Shown here one piece after another: positions 62,101 to 64,000 of a stretch of 64,000 bases of DNA (position 1 is its first letter; each line of letters starts with the position of its first letter). This DNA is from Macrostomum lignano (Eukaryota), in NCBI GenBank assembly GCA_002269645.1, contig NIVC01002033.1, positions 1-64,000 on the forward strand. Reading direction: 5' to 3'. The notes beneath the pieces were generated by a model. The model saw only the letters and a list, made by a program, of their open reading frames with translations. It searched no databases and was not told the DNA's origin. Made by a program: the position numbers and the translations under genes.

Positions 62101-63229
62101 CTGCATTCCGCATGGCAACGCGGACAGCGAACGGTTTTTAAAGTGGTTGGCCAACGACTTAACGAAGCAGCGGAACAAGCTTTCCGAGTTTACGCTCAAC
62201 TCTCTGCTCACTATCAAGACCTGGCTGAAGGCAAATTTGGCCACTGCACATACAGTCACAATTGAACCAAGCCTAATTGCCATTGGCTTTGAAGCCCGAA
62301 GTAAAGCGGCTGATCGCGCTCGATTAGAACAGCGGCAGCAGGCGATGAAGAGACTGCAGAAGAAGATGGAGGAACAGCGCGCGATTGAAGCTGCAGCGAA
62401 GAAGGCTCAAGAGGAACAGCAGCAGCAGCAGGAGGATTTAGTGACGCAGCAGCAGACTGTTGACGAGATGCGAAGGAAGGCGCAAGAAATGCTGGCAGCT
62501 GCATCGAAGGCGGAAGCTGCATTCCGAAAACGGCTTAAGCGACAGAGCGTGTCCAGTCAGCCTAGGGGCGGTAACAAAATTGCGCGAATCGAAGGTGCTA
62601 CTGCCGCCGGACCCTCTAACAAGTGAAGTGAACATTGAAATTTTTGCTAGTTTGACTTTTATGTTAACTGAGCTGACGGAGAGTTAGAACTTAGTTTGAT
62701 TTCAAAATAAAAAAATGAGTTTAAAATCGAAATCAATCGACTATAGTGACAGATGCTTTTTACAAAGCGATTCCGGAACCAATAGAAGAAAAAATGTAAC
62801 TAATAATTGTTAAGAACATAATAAAGTAAGAAATTCGTACGATTTTAAAACTACCTTTAGTAAGTCAAGCCTTTCCCTAAAGTTATCAAATATCTCTAGG
62901 CTTTTTCTCGTCTAGGAGCTACTCGAAAATAGTTATTCACATACTTGTGTAGGAGTATGTGTTCGAGCTATATGTACATGTATGTGTACTTGCTGTGCAA
63001 GTGTAATCCAATCCAATTGTCAGTAACTGAAATAAGTTTTTTATTATCATTTCGTTACTCAAATAAACAGGTTAATGTAGCTTTTCGGTTTCCTAAGACT
63101 TGACTTACTATTATTTATTAATCCGTGGTTGCTTTTTAATGATTACATAACTTTAAAACTAATTATTTTACGCTGCGCTAAATCTTTTCTGCTGCGCTAA
63201 TATTCTTTTATTTTCCTGTGGCAACTATG
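59139..63229 (+). mobile_element. Full-length hAT DNA transposon, 4091 bp
   Basis: 13-bp perfect TIR CATAGTTGCCACA / TGTGGCAACTATG, an 8-bp TSD TGCAAAGC (59131-59138 and 63230-63237), and clustered TGCGCTA subterminal repeats at both ends. Confidence 0.95.
59622..62626 (+). CDS. hAT transposase (about 769 aa). Exons 59622-60396, 60757-60956, 61292-62626
   Basis: BED-like finger (YCRAC..HADGQNH), MLDEGT, TDSCNAMRG, CSLHHVHN (CxxH), ETRWL, and the dimerisation-domain motif IPHGNADSERF. No stop or frameshift after splicing. Confidence 0.92.
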
Positions 63230-63259
63230 TGCAAAGCAGGAGAGATCTAGTCTAGATCT

Positions 63260-63781
63260 ATGAACGGTATAGATAATCGGGACCAGGACTCGCAGTCCCC
63301 CCAGTCGGAGTTGGAGTCGCTTCGAGTTCGAGCTGCTGCTGCAATTCCTGTTTCTGCAAAAACATGTGATTCAGCTTCATCAGCAGCACCACTATTGGAT
63401 GATGATGAAGTGCAATCGGCGTCGGCCTTGGCCTCACTTCCTGTTCCTGCTCCAACACGTGATTTTGTGCCACTTGTGCCTGAATGCCTATGTGACCCTG
63501 ACCCAGATCGAGGACCAGCACGAGTTGGTCCACCACCAAAGAAGTGTCAGCGGCTCCTAACATCCTTTTTTGGCCACAATTCACCTGGACCCATCAGTGC
63601 GTCTGCTGACCCCGTGGCCGCTACTGCAGCTGCAGCTGCTAAATCAGGTTTAAATCATGATCCTGCTAGAGCTGGTCTGAACGAGTCTGCTCTGGATGGC
63701 GCAGATGCCAGGCCAAGTTCAAAGCCTATGCCAGCGGATTCATCAGTAGAATCAACAAGTGCTCCAGCTCTTTCAAAGTAA
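63260..63781 (+). CDS. Low-complexity N-terminal exon of an unidentified protein, probably the outer element transposase
   Basis: 173-aa Ala/Ser/Pro-rich ORF containing PPPKKCQRLLTSFF and ending at a likely gtaagc donor near 63778; the rest is outside the window. Confidence 0.4.
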   Translation: MNGIDNRDQDSQSPQSELESLRVRAAAAIPVSAKTCDSASSAAPLLDDDEVQSASALASLPVPAPTRDFVPLVPECLCDPDPDRGPARVGPPPKKCQRLLTSFFGHNSPGPISASADPVAATAAAAAKSGLNHDPARAGLNESALDGADARPSSKPMPADSSVESTSAPALSK

Positions 63782-64000
63782 GCAATCAGAAATTGGCATA
63801 TTTTACTTCAGGACTGCTGTACAAAACAAACGTAGAAATGTTACAATGTATTGCAGAATTTGCTTTCGCAGATGACAATGTCAATGCATGACATCGACAC
63901 GATACATTAACTAATTCAAGGTATTTACCCAATCAGCTTAACTGTTTTCCTCTTTATTCAGGCTTGACATTGGACTCTTCTCTAACCCTGCTGATTCAGC

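Larger units (their letters stand above)
58316..64000 (+). mobile_element. Probable outer DNA transposon (left end only), interrupted by the hAT element
   Basis: Begins cactagcgcaactagggggcgggggc followed by a G-run/C-run hairpin, resembling hAT-like CAGTGGCG..AGGGGG termini. An ORF with a PPKK..QRLLTSFF motif follows the inner element. The right end is not in the window. Confidence 0.4.

Noticed and set aside
1-64000. tRNA, rRNA, spliced-leader RNA or hammerhead ribozyme genes
   Set aside because: No convincing cloverleaf/B-box, rRNA signature, or CUGAUGA-GAAA core with flanking stems found by eye; a covariance-model search would be needed to exclude them.

Overview
Eukaryotic (metazoan) genomic DNA, not prokaryotic: it has GT-AG spliced genes and no operons, CRISPR or rRNA/tRNA. 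GC-rich Ala-rich exons in AT-rich introns, with nearly every long intron filled by its own minisatellite, suggest a flatworm such as Macrostomum lignano (inference, unverified). Spliced genes rebuilt by hand with consistent exon phases: a SEC14/CRAL-TRIO protein (+, 2.4-5.0 kb, exon 1 frameshifted), an AT-hook/3xC2H2 zinc-finger gene (-, 18.2-19.4 kb), a lamin-type intermediate filament protein (+, 23.9-36.4 kb), the KDEL receptor (+), WDSUB1 (+, 11 exons), and transaldolase (-, exon 1 not found in the window). Mobile DNA includes P-element, LINE, RTE, Gypsy and Tc1 relics, two hAT-type MITEs with perfect 8-bp TSDs, and an apparently intact 4.1-kb hAT transposon nested in a second DNA transposon. 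Top leads: (1) two tandem genes for a 64-aa secreted prepropeptide predicted to release an amidated, strictly alternating hydrophobic/Arg decapeptide, encoded by TTAGGG-like hexamers and diverging mainly in the mature part; (2) a MITE that replaced the C-terminus of the zinc-finger protein; (3) a secreted PAN/LamG-like frame broken only by two in-frame TAG codons; (4) a pore-degenerate K2P-like sequence; (5) a lamin with no visible CaaX box. Most long ORFs in the supplied track are satellite read-through artefacts. All family assignments come from motif recognition by eye; no searches were run.
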